Assembly (NCBI RefSeq): GCF_963921235.1
Contig: NC_086097.1
Location: 38,814,001-38,878,000, forward strand
Origin: Mobula hypostoma
Taxonomy: Eukaryota
DNA: 64,000 nucleotides
Direction: 5' to 3'
In this document: one piece after another, positions 24,931 through 36,867 of the stretch
Layout: each line of letters starts with the position of its first letter
Numbering within the stretch: position 1 is the stretch's first letter
Program-made: the position numbers and the translations under genes
The notes under the pieces: generated by a model
Database searches by the model: none
The model's input: only the letters and a program-made list of their open reading frames with translations
Told to the model about the DNA's origin: nothing

Positions 24931-27183
24931 TGCGGAGATTAGAGCCTGGGCTACGAAAGGTAAGTCTAAGCATCAATAGTTAGGCCAATTTGGAGAAGAG
25001 GAGGTTTCTAAAGTGTTTTGATGAGATTTTTGAGATAGTGAGCAGTGAGGGTATAGAGGGAATTGCAAAAAAAGTTTAAAAAAATTAAATTCAAAGTGTA
25101 GTCAGATCAGGAGCAAACATAAGGAAATGGAAGAGCTTGGATCTGGGTGGTTGAGTTTTATTTAAGCACAAGTTCATTTAGTGTGGAAGAATTAGTTAAG
25201 ACAATTGATATTAAAAAGTATGGATTATGATTTTAGTAGCAGATCTGAAGCAAGCCAGTCAGTAAGTGTGGTCCTAGTGATGGTGTACATGTGGTCAGAT
25301 ATTCAACTCATGCAAATTGGTGAAGAAATAAAACTCTCTACCCCTCACTAAATTCGTGTTCAGTGTTAGTAAAACAACCTTACTTTCAATCAGCTCCAAT
25401 ATTTTTTAAAAAATGTGAAAACCTGCAAATAAAGAAGTTTTGCATTCTCTGATTTTCTTCCAGGTTTGTCTAAAGTGCTGAGCTGGATGTCAGTCTTTAA
25501 CTCCTGGACCCTGCAAAGCAATTGAGGAATGTTAATAAGCCTCCAGTATTTGGATAGCAGATGGCTATGCTGTTTTGTAATTGTAACAGCTGTCCCCTTG
25601 CTGTCCAGGATTCTTTCTGTGAACACATGCATGTGGAAGACCAGAACTGCCTCCTAACAACACGTTTTGATAACATATTTGGGCCACAGCCCATCACAAT
25701 GCAGATCCTCTGTTGGGATGCCCTAGGAAGTCCCAGGGAGGGATAGAACTCAAATGTTGCAAGTTAACATCCTTTTATCCCAATTCTCCTCTGTCCTCTG
25801 CTGAGGAATATTGCAGACCATAAAGAGTAAATGTAATCTATATATTTATCAGAAAACATGCCTTAATTTCCATATTTCTACTTATTAAATCTGTTTTTCT
25901 AAGATTAATACTAAATATGTCATTTCTTGCAAGCTACAGCTGTTTTGTTTGTATGCCTCTGTAGTGGCCACAGTATGTGCAAGATACATATATCAGTAAT
26001 TGTTACTGCAAAGTCACTTATATCAGCATGGTTTCTAAATTTCCCCTTCCTCACACAGTGTCAGAAGTATGAGCAATTGGAACTGAGTCAGTTAAACAGC
26101 TGGAAGCAAATATATGAAAGGATTATATCACACTGATAAAAACACACTGACAAAATAGTGCTTCGTCCACCACGCTAATGAACTTCAGAATTAATTATCA
26201 GTATCAATTATTTATTATTTACCGATGCTCCTGTGAATTACATCAATAAAAATAATTCAGAAATAATTGATTTTACTAAATCTTTTTTCAGATTAACATA
26301 ATATTCTTATGGGTGATATTTCCAGATAATCTGACTTATATGGTAATAAATAGTTGTATTATTTCTATCTGTTTCTTTGTAATATTCTACAATAAATTAC
26401 ATATTTGTGGAGAAGATGCTATAATTAGAAATAACTTTGAAATGTCCTCTCTGGATTAAAAGTGCAACTTAATCATTGTCAATTTGCATTACAATGAACA
26501 TTCAAGTTTCTGATTTTCCATGATCTTCACTGTATAATTGAAGATATTTCACATGCTTAAATAACAATAGTTGCTGAAAAAAGAAGACTGTCATTTTCAA
26601 ATGATACAATAATGAGGTGTATCTACCAAGAAAGCTGTAAATTCAGCTTGTATTGTATCTTGAAGTATTTGTTAGCAGAGTGGTGACTTCAAAAATCATG
26701 ACATGGACAGGGAGAAAATGAATCATAGAAAATCCACAACACAGACTGAAACCATTTCATCTTATTTGGTCCGTGTCTGTCAAAACAGAACAATCCAACC
26801 TAATCCAAAAGGATAAAATGAAAGAGAAGATGGAAACTAATATAGATAAACTGTGAGGTCATCCACCTTCGTTGGACAATGGAAATGTGGATCTTAGGTT
26901 TGAGGTTAGGAAGGATATTTTTGTGATAGGTGGAGTGTTAACAAGTTCACTGGAATAACTCCTGGCATTTGGCAGGGTGGGGAAATGAGGAGAGATTAAG
27001 TAGATCAGACCCAAAGACCTATAGAATTTCAGATAATCAGTGTTGCAAGAGATTCTGAGCAGGAGAGTGTTGCTGAGGCAATGAGCACCCATGATTTTAC
27101 TGAAGGGGGGTCAGGTACAGGGGAATGACTGGTGTACTGTACTCCTGTTTCGATTTCTTATAAAATTTAATGCACCTCAATTA

Positions 27184-27773
27184 CAGTACTGTGCAAAAGT
27201 CTTGGGCTCATATACATAGCTATGGTGAGCTCAGAATTTTGCAAGTACTGTAGTATTTTTATGTATTACACTATACTTCTGCCACCCACACACACCCACA
27301 CACACACACACACACATTTCATGACATACATACAGTATGTCAGTGTCGATAAACCTAATTCTGATAGAGGTCTCTGTTGTGGACTGCGGGGGAAGGTGGC
27401 AGGGAGAGGGGAATTGTAGCTGGGAAAAGAGAAAGGGAGAGGGGAGAAAGCAGAAAGCACCAGAGAGACATTCTATGATGATCAATAAACCACTTGCATT
27501 GGAAACAAATAACCTTGCTTGTGTCTCAGGGCTGGGTGTGTCTGAACCACGCCACCTTCCGCCCTTGGCACTCCTTCTCTGCCAGCTGTGCCAGACTGTC
27601 CCGTGGTACTCCATCCTCACTATTCCCTACATCCTTTCTCCCACCAGATTTACAAACTCGATCTCTACCCCACATTGACAAATACAGTAGTGTCCAAAGG
27701 TCTTAGATATAGATATATACATACACACACACACATACTGTATATATGTGCCCGAGGCTTTTGCACACTACTG
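27184..27773. mobile_element. Composite Tc1-related MITE-like unit bounded by two mini TIR hairpins (27184-27250, 27685-27773)
   Basis: TA|CAGTACTGTGCAAAAGTCTT...TTTTGCAAGTACTG|TA and a second decayed copy; same TIR as the Tc1 at 17440. Confidence 0.6.
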
Positions 27774-28784
27774 GAGAACCCCTCCTCACCACCATAGCTT
27801 ACCTGCTCCATTGCCTTACAATCTACCTTGTTATGATCTTACATCTTCTTGCTTATCTGCACTGCACTTTCTCTGCAACTTTTACACTTCATTCTGCATT
27901 TTTATTGTCTTACCCATTTTTTTCCTCAATGCACTCTGTAATGATTTTGATTTGTACGAACAGAATGCAAGACAATTTTTTCACAGTACGCTGCAACATG
28001 TGACAATAATAAACACATTCTATTCTATTCAATTTAATTATCATATCTTATCATAACTTTTCTCACTGCTAAGATTTTACAGACCTGGCAATGCCTTTGT
28101 AAGCTTGCAACCTCCATCAACCCCCGCCCCCTCCAGTTGCAATCACATCTTCCCTGTAATATAGAGCCTTGAATTTATGCAGCCCTCAAACTATGGCCTA
28201 ATTGGTATTGTGTACAGTACTAGCACCACAACACTCCCCCCCCCCCCACCACCACTCATAGATTAAAAGTGATTAATCCATGGAATTTTTCAGATTATCT
28301 GTTCTGGAAGTTTTTGAGTCACACCTTCCTGAGATCAGACAATTACAACCCGAAGTAACAGTACCTACTGGATTTTCTGATCAGCAGGTCAACACTTTGG
28401 CATCAGCTAGGGTGAGATGACAATCTTTTGGATCCTTGCATTACAGTCCTGAAGTATCTGAGTTGCAGTGCTGAGCTTGGAGCTCAATGTCCCAGCACTG
28501 TCTCATTTCATTCAAGCTTCCGTCTGCCACCAGTCATAAGTCAGAGCACCTTGCTGGGCGGACTGTGCAGGATGATAAGGCAGGCAGGAGACTCCTTTGC
28601 CTGACGCTAGTTCCTTGTGGTGAAATATGGACTGTCCTAAATGCAGCTCTGACCTGACGCCTGTCAGTCTTTGTCCTTGATGTTCACCTGCCATCTGAAA
28701 TCTTAGAAATTGAATCGTGCAGTCCATCTGATGTTGTTTGTTTCAGCACAGCCTTTGTAAGAGGGAGAGCAACAGAGGAACGGC

Positions 28785-29710
28785 AAGTTAGGCAACATCT
28801 ACGGAGGGGAATAAACAATCAACATTTTTGGCCAAGACTCTGGAAGGGTCTGGAGAGGAAGGGATTAGAAGCTGGAATAAAAAGGTAGGGGAAGGGAAAG
28901 AGTATGAGTTGGCAGGTGAAAGGTGAAGCCAGGTGAGACTGAAGGTGGGTGTGTGGGGATGGGGGGTGGGGGGGATGAAGTGAGAAGCTAGGAGGTGATA
29001 GGTGGAAAAGGTAAAGGGGCTGAAGAAGAAGGAATCTGATAGGAGAGGAGAGTGGACCACGGGAGAAAGGGAAGGGGCAGGGTCACCAGAGGTGGGTGAT
29101 AGGCAGATAAGGAGAAGAGAAGGGGTAAGAGGGGAGCCCGAATGGGGAATGGGAGAGGAAAGAAGAGGGAGGAAGGAGAAATTACCCGAAGTAAGAGAAA
29201 TTGATGTAGTCAGGTTGGAGACTACCCAGATGGAAGATGAAGTACAGTCGACGTTTCAAGCCAAGACCCTTCGTCCTGACGAAGGGTCTCGGCCTGAAAT
29301 GTCGACTGTACCTCTTCCTAGAGATGCTGCCTGACCTGCTGCATTCACCAGCAACTTTGATGTGTGTTGCTTGAATTTCCAGCATTTGCAGAATTCCTCG
29401 TGTTTGGAAGATGAAGTATTGCTCCTCCAATCTGAGAGTGGTCTCATCACGGCAGTAGGGGAGGACATGGACCAACATGTTCGAATGAGGATGGGGAGCA
29501 GAGATAAAAAGGGTGGCTACTGGAAAATCCCACTAGTTGTGGTAGATGGAGCGAAGGTGCTTGACGAAGTGGTCCCCCATCTTAGTCAGATTTCAGAGGA
29601 GGCCACACCGAGAGTATCCGACTCAGTGGATGACCCTGAAAGATTTGTAGGTGAAGTATGGCCTCAACCTGGAAGGACTATTTGAAGCCCTGAATGGTAG
29701 TGAGGGAGTA
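28785..29710 (-). mobile_element. Older Penelope-like element 3' part (GIY-YIG remnant + pLTR), interrupted at 29245-29404
   Basis: YCRDETTLRLEEQYFIF / HLGSLQPD remnants match the GIY-YIG ORF at 42456-42791; purine-rich tract. Confidence 0.8.
29245..29404 (+). mobile_element. Short fold-back Penelope-like insertion nested in an older PLE
   Basis: 14-bp TSD TGGAAGATGAAGTA at 29231-29244 and 29405-29418; ~32-bp inverted arm centred at ~29276; hammerhead motif 29273-29306. Confidence 0.88.
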
Positions 29711-29848
29711 GATGTGGGGGAAGGTGTTGCAGTCTGTGAAAGGAATAAAGATGATTGCATCACAGGTAGGAAACATGTCCTCTATTGTACTGAAGTACTG
29801 TCACTACCAGCAGAACAGAGCAGAATGGCAAACAATTGTCTAGAGTTC

Positions 29849-29850
<2 letters not shown>

Positions 29851-29886
<36 letters not shown>

Positions 29887-29890
29887 CGTG

Positions 29891-29941
<51 letters not shown>

Positions 29942-29958
29942 ACGCGCGCACACGCGCG
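29851..29958. repeat. (TG)n microsatellite with (CG)/(CA) interruptions
   Basis: Direct observation. Confidence 0.97.
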
Positions 29959-30959
29959 CCCAACCGGATACAAAAGGAAGCTAAAGTACCTACTTGTAAC
30001 ATTGGCACTGGGCAAAATCCCAAGAAAAAAAATGGCTGCCAAAGCTAGCATCAGTGATGCTCTGCAGGCCATTTGAAGTGGAGAAGTAGAGTTAATGATA
30101 CTATGCACCTCCAGCAGAAGTCAAAAATACACTACTCAGTGGAAGTGAACCCATAAAATGTTGTGAAGTGGCACTTTATTGCAGGTTAGAAGGGGTCATA
30201 TGGTGCTTTATTGCAGGTTAGAAGGGATTATTTCACACACTTTATTCTGGTACTTGGTGCTTCTCTTAAAATCTTGAGCTGTTCCCTTTAAACTAGGCCT
30301 TCATAAGTCAAGGCACTGAGTATGAAAGTTGGGGGTCATGGGGTGGTGGACAAAATGCTGGTGAGGCCACACTTGAACTATTTGTCCAGTGACTGAAAGC
30401 TTCTCAGCAGCTTGCCAATTGTCAGAAGAATCAGCAATCTGATATGGTATGAAATGCTCTGGCTGACTTGTAGATCCCACCCCTCAGACAAACATTCAGC
30501 AATCACTCTGGTCTCATTCAGGGTACATGTCACAGAGACTGAAACTACACCCAAATTCCAAATAAGAGGGAACTCACAGAGTCCTAACATACTACATCAT
30601 TTCGCTTTCTTAAATTCACATTGACTCTGACTACTTCTAGTATTTTCTATGTGTTCTGCTACCATTTTCTGAATCTCCACTATTTTCCCTGTTACTGATG
30701 TCAGGCTAACTGGTCTAAAGTATCTGGTATCTGGAATATTTCATGTCTAGCCTTGCTCACTTTAAGCCAAGCCACTGTAATTGTTATTAGATCATACTCA
30801 TTAATTTCCATTTGTGCAATTAATTCACCTATTTTGTTACCAAGAATCTATGCACTTAACATTTTCCTTTGCTCTGACCCTAATTGGAGATATATACTCA
30901 TATACTTGTATACTCCATTCCCTTCCTGACACCCATTCTGTTACCCTGACCAACCATTC

Positions 30960-31410
30960 CCCTACAACTTTCTAAAATTCTCCTCACCAGAAATCCTTTT
31001 CACCCACAACTTAATTTTAACCCATTGCACATTTCTATGAAGGATGCAAAGAACAACATCTCAAATTATGCTTGAGTATCTTACAACCCAATGGTATGAA
31101 CACGGATTTTTCTGGTAACCCATGCCACCAATGATACTCCCTCACCCTCCACACACTCACCTGTCCATTTCGTTTTCTTCTCCCTTTTATCACCCTTCCC
31201 ATCCCCTACCTCTGCTTGGTTCCATCTGCCATTATTCCCTCCACTCCTGATTCCACCACCAGCCTCTGCCCATGTCCACCCCCCTGCCCCCCCTGTACTG
31301 TCACATACCGTCAATCTTTCCTTCTCTCTCTGAGTCCTGATGCAGGGTCTCATCCACCTTTAGCTTCCACAGATGCTAACTGACCTGCTGAGTTCTTCCA
31401 GCATTCTGCT
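30960..31410 (+). mobile_element. Old Penelope-like fragment
   Basis: Decayed EQHL..LQPNGMN coding remnant, pyrimidine tract and acagatgct...gacctgctgagttcttccagcatt end. Confidence 0.6.
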
Positions 31411-31844
31411 TTTCTTTTTGCCAATGCTGTAGTTTTGTTTGTGGATTAATGTCAATGCTAATTCCATTTTTGGCATTATTGGTTGGATTTCATCTCTGAG
31501 GCAGAAGATTTTAGTTGCAATTGCCTTACACATGCAACAATACAGAACCATTCAGCCAGTGGCCCCATGCCCACAGCTAGATGAGCCGTATTCCTTTTCC
31601 CTTACTTCCTGGTACCCGTGCAATGTATTTTCTCTCACATGGCCCATTAATTCCCTTTGATTCTTTTCACTGCTATTTTACGCCAACTGGTCCTTTACAG
31701 TAGCTGATCACTTTAGGACGTGGGAGGAAATCAAAGCACTGGGAGGAAAGCCATGGGGTCATCTAGAAAATGTACTAAACTCATCCCAAACAGCATTCAG
31801 GGTCAGGATCAAGCCAGAGTCCCTGGAATTCCAAAGCAGCTACA

Positions 31845-32150
31845 CCACTGAAGGAGACTTGCACCGTCAAGGGCGCCGTCTTCCCAATTAGTATTCAAAC
31901 ACGTGTTCCTTCATGCTCCACTGGGCAAATGTGAAAGATCCTATGGTTTCATTCCAGAGGAGAACAGTGCCCTTATTCCTAATTGGATACTCCTCAACCA
32001 ACTTTGGAGAGACAGAACGTTTGATCAATATTAGTTTGTTGATAGTTTTGTGTGAAATGGTCATGCGTTTCCTGAATTACAACATTCAAAGTGTACATTT
32101 TGGCTATAATGTGCATTGGGATGTCATGAAAATGCTTAATAAATGTAAGA
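31845..32150 (+). mobile_element. Old Deu-domain-type SINE remnant
   Basis: tgcaccgtc..ggcgccgtctt...gtgaaagatcctatgg...cctcaaccaac...gcgtttcct..attacaaca resembles the Deu-domain SINE consensus (recognised by eye). Confidence 0.5.
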
Positions 32151-32519
32151 AATCTGATGGCAGAGGGGAAGAAGCTGTTCCTAAAATGTTGAGTGTGTGC
32201 CTTCAGGTTCCTGTACCTCCTCCTTGTTGGTAGCAATGAGAAGAGTGCAAGTCCTGGATGATGTCCTGAGTTTTGTAGAAAATAGTGGAATACAGATAGT
32301 TTACCAAAGATACAGAGTTTAACATCAATCTAAATTCCACCAGCATGTTTGTTTTGCTACCAGAGGTGAAAATACTCTAGTTCTCGTTTATACTAACATT
32401 CGGATGCAGATAATGCAGTTCCCCAACCCCACATTGGGCTCTCAGATCACTTATTTCAGCACACAAACTACAGCTTAAATGGGCCAAACAAGCTCTAACG
32501 GTGGTGAAAACCTGGTCGG

Positions 32520-34632
32520 GGCGGGGGCAATCTCAGCATTGCAGGACTGCTTTGAAAACTGAACTGGAGAATGTTCAGGGAGGCTGCTACCTATGGCAGC
32601 CATGTTAACATCGAGAAATATGTGGATTCTGTGACCCGCTGCATAGAGAAGTGTACTGACGACGTTACTGACATGAAACACATCTGGGCGAAGGTAAGTC
32701 AGAAACCATGGCTTACTGCAGGGGACCCAGTATGGCTGAGGGGATCATGATGCTGCCTTTAGATCGGGTGACATGACAGCAAGAACTGAGTTTTCCTGCT
32801 TCATCAGGAAGGCAGAACAGGAGCATTCTCAGAGAATATACAACCACTTCTGTGATACCAGAGACATGAGGCACATATGGCAGGGAATTCAGAGGATTAC
32901 AGACGACAAGTCTACCCAGCACATCACCGACCAGGACGCCTCACCGCCCAAAAGGCTGAATGTCTTTTACGCCCGGTTTGATGCACAGAACAAGGTGCTG
33001 GCAAGGAAGGCACCCTTTCCCACAGGGGAGCAGACACACAGTCTGGCTGAAGCTGAGGTGAGGAAGACCCTGGCCAGAGTCAACCCACATAAAGCTGCAG
33101 GGCCCAATATACCAGGTTGGGTTCTGACAAATGGTGCAGCCCAGCTAACTGAGGTATTCTCAACATCTCTCTGGACAGTCCATTTTCCCCCAGTTTTCAA
33201 GGCAGCAACCTTCTTTCCAGTGCCAACGAAGGCAACAATATCCTGCCTAAATGACCATTGTCCTATGGCATTAACATCAACCATTATGAAATGCTGTTAG
33301 TGGCTGGTCATGGAGCACATCGAAGCCTTTCTCCTGGCTACATTGGGCCCTTTCCAGTTCACCTATCGCTTGAGTTGACCCACTGATGATGCCATAAACT
33401 CTGCCCCCCAACTCTGGCCTGTCCCACCTGGAAAATGGAGACTCATGTGCCAGACTGTTGTTTATAGACTTCAGTTCAACGGTTAACACCATCACACCCC
33501 AGAAACTGGCGGGGAAACTGTCCTCACCAGGGCTCATCACTTCCCTCTGCAGTGGGATCCTGGGCATCTCAACAAGGCCACAGTCAGTCCGTGTGGGCAG
33601 CGACGTCTCTCGTCCCATTACGCTGAGCACCGGCGCTCCCAGGGCTGTGTGCTCAGCCCGCTGTGTTCACACTGCTGACGCATGACTGTGTCACGGGATC
33701 CAGCTCAAACCGAGTCGTCAAGTGTATGGATGACACAACAGTGGTTGGCCTTATCAATGGTGATGATTCGGAGTACAGAGAGGAAGTGAGGCAGCTGCTG
33801 AACTGGAGTGAGAACAACAACCTAAGTCTGAACGTGGAGAAGACCAAGGAAGTGATTGTGGACTTTAGGAAGGTGCAGATGAACCGTCCCCCTCTGTGCA
33901 TACATGGCTCTTCCATTGAGAAGATTAAGTGCTCCAAGTTTCTTGGAGTTCACATCACGGCTGACCTCACCTGGACCCTTATTATTGCCTCCCTGTAGAA
34001 GAAGGCACAGAAGCGCCTCCACTCCCTGACCAGATTGGAGCGAACAAGGCTCCCCCACCCCCCTGTCTTAACTGCATTTTACAGGAGCACCATTGAGAGC
34101 GTCCTGACATCTCCATCTGGTATGAGAGCAGTCGAGCATCGGACCAGAAGCCCCTACAAAGGACTGTGAGAATGGCTGAGAGGATCATAGGGGTCTCCCT
34201 ACTGTTCATCGGGGACATTTATCAGGAGTACCATGTATGCAGGGCCCTTAGTATTATTAAGGATCCCACCATTCTATCCAGCATCCTCTTTGACTTTCTA
34301 CCATCAGGTAGGAGACTCTGATGCATAAAAACAAAAATGGTCAGGATGGGAAACAGTTGCTTCCCACAGGCCTTAAGGCTTCTGAACTCCCTGCTGCATT
34401 GCCATCAAAGTGTCACAGAATAACTTGTACTGGACCCTACAACATTTCAGTTATGCACTTTGTTTATCTCTGCGTGATTCATTGGTAAGTATTCTTCTTA
34501 CTTTCTGAAATAATTGTACGTTATGTGTGAGTTATGCGTATGACTTTGCTTTACACCCTGGTCTGGAGAAACGTCTCGTTTGGCAGTATACATGTATATA
34601 GTTAAATGACAATAAACTTGACTTGACTTGAC
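32520..34632 (+). mobile_element. Rex1/Babar-type LINE, degenerate
   Basis: [61 protein letters not shown] motifs; aataaacttgacttgacttgac tail. Confidence 0.9.
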
Positions 34633-36059
34633 ATCAGAAAGACCTTTAGTGTACGAGTATGACTTTTATTTCTGCCACAATTGTTGAAGATAATCTGATT
34701 AATTAGTGTTTAGTTGTGGATTAATTCTTATTGTAGATACACTGCCCTGTGTTTTAGCTAAGCATACTCTGAGTCAAACCAAGCAAGACGAGCTACTAAA
34801 GGAAAAGAACTTCCAGTCCTGGCTGGATTCGAACCCCGAGGCGAAAAGGCAGTGTGCCATCATACTGCACCATCCAGTTTCTGATTAGTGATAAATTGAA
34901 TCGAAACCAATGTCTTCACAGGGAAAACAACCAAAAATATGTGATGATTCTGTTATTATCATTACAAGCCCACAGAAGCAAAACGAAAACAAAGCTAACC
35001 TATTTGGTGGGAACCATAACTTTATGAAAACATCTCATCAACTTAAACTGTATCAGCCTTCAGATCTGAAATGCCACTTCTCTTTCATGAATTTTATCAG
35101 CTACGTGCCTTTGAGTTTATGTGTTAACATTTTCCATTCTGCATTGTTTTTTAGTTTTATTTCTGCATTCTTTTCAGCTTTGGAAAAATTTAGTTTTTGG
35201 AAGTTTGTTTTCCACAAATCACATTCCGTCAAAAATTAATTGTGCAATAAACTATGCTAGGTTTCCACCCTCTTCCGCACAAGCCAAAATGAAAAACACA
35301 TAAAGTAATTCACAAAGCCATAACATTGTTAAATCAACAGCTAAAATAATCTCAGATTCAGTCTGCAGTTCCCTGAGATCAGTCAAAATTTGTTTACATA
35401 AATTTTCCATCAAGAGCGATAACTTCACGTCAGCAATGATTTTATTTTGTGGTGGAGTTCTTGGGGCCCCATTTCATGTCAACCGGTTTCTGCAGTCTCC
35501 TCAACTCCCATCAGTCAGAATATTGCCTGCCTATTCACCCTGCTGGTAGAAGTTGAAGGAACTCAGCCCCAACACATACCCGATGTTCCAAAGATCTGAA
35601 AGCAATGCCTTTCTACAGCCTCTTTGTTTCTGCTTGTTTTTACGGCTCATCCCTCAGGATTTATTTTTCTATTGGTTCCTTTCTTGGTATGAGAGTCTGC
35701 TGAACACTGTGATCATTTTCAGGTCTGTGCCTCCCCTCAGACTGCAGCATGACTGCAAGAAATGAGAAATGACATTGGTGTTTCCAGCACAGTCCTTCTG
35801 AGGTAGCTTCTCAGGATTAAAGATGATATGAATCCACTCCTTTCTTGAGTGTCTAATGAGGCCAATATGGAAACAATTGATTGTGCTGCCAGTGGGGTAG
35901 GAACTGCCTGACAGGCAGGTGAGTGGTAGGCTTGGATGTCTACAGCAGACAGTTCAAGGTACTGGAAAATACACCAATGCTGACCCAGCAAAACTCCCTT
36001 ACCTTGTCGGGGTAAGTGAAGAAACACCAGTGCCCTGCCCTATTCCAGTATCCCCAGCA

Positions 36060-36310
36060 GTGACACCCTAGTTGCTGTCCGACGGCTGACAGCATGCTAC
36101 CAAAATGGACACTCTATTCAGAGCTCTGTTGTGGGAGGTACAAGGATGTGCTCAAAGGTTCCTTGCGAAATGCAGCATTCCCATTAACTCCAGGGAATCT
36201 CTGGCCCAAAGTAGAGAAAGAACATTTGTGATGGTACTGAGAATTTTGAAGCCATGCATCAGGAGCACTCCGAGGCAACAGAACGAGCAGAGGAAAGGAG
36301 CAGGTGATAA
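36060..36310 (+). mobile_element. Old RTE LINE C-terminal fragment
   Basis: DSMLPKWTLYSELCCG..RYKDVLK and KCSIPINSRESLAQ across a frameshift; parallels the RTE at 54545-55124. Confidence 0.55.
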
Positions 36311-36867
36311 ATGATGAAGAGATGAATGAAGAAGATAGAAACCAACTAAAGTGAAAGCTGAGATGGTAGATAAATGATCTAAGTACAGATCCACCCCAAG
36401 TTACAAACACCATGCTTATGTCCAGCCCACGCACATGAACGAATGCTTGATGGATTTGCTGACTTCCTTGTGGTTACCATATGGGAAATCAGTTTGTGGT
36501 CACATTCCTCATTTATGAACTCTTTGGGTTATGGACTGTTCGCAGGAACGGAATCTGCTTTAACCTAGAGATGACCTGTAACCAGTTGCCGGTTATTGGT
36601 ATGAACCTGCTTTCTGCATTTTGTTATATTTTCTAACATCTCACTCCAGACAGCCTAAACATCCATCTCCCAGGGCTTCCACGTGGGTGGTCTCTCTAAA
36701 ATTCATGTTAAAAGAACACTTGGAGTATTGTGTTCAGTCCTGGTTGCATTGTTATAGAAGGATATGGAAGCTTTAGAGTGGATGCAGGGAGAATTTACCA
36801 GGACGCTGCCTGGATGGGAGAACCTGTCTGAAGAAGACTTTTTTCTTTGGAGTGAGGGGGAAGTAAC

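Noticed and set aside
25390..25830. Exon-like block with several short ORFs and a plus-strand acceptor at ~25463
   Set aside because: All frames after the candidate acceptors stop quickly; no recognisable protein.
29651..30108. ORFs with CV/HT repeats
   Set aside because: Translations of the (TG)n microsatellite.
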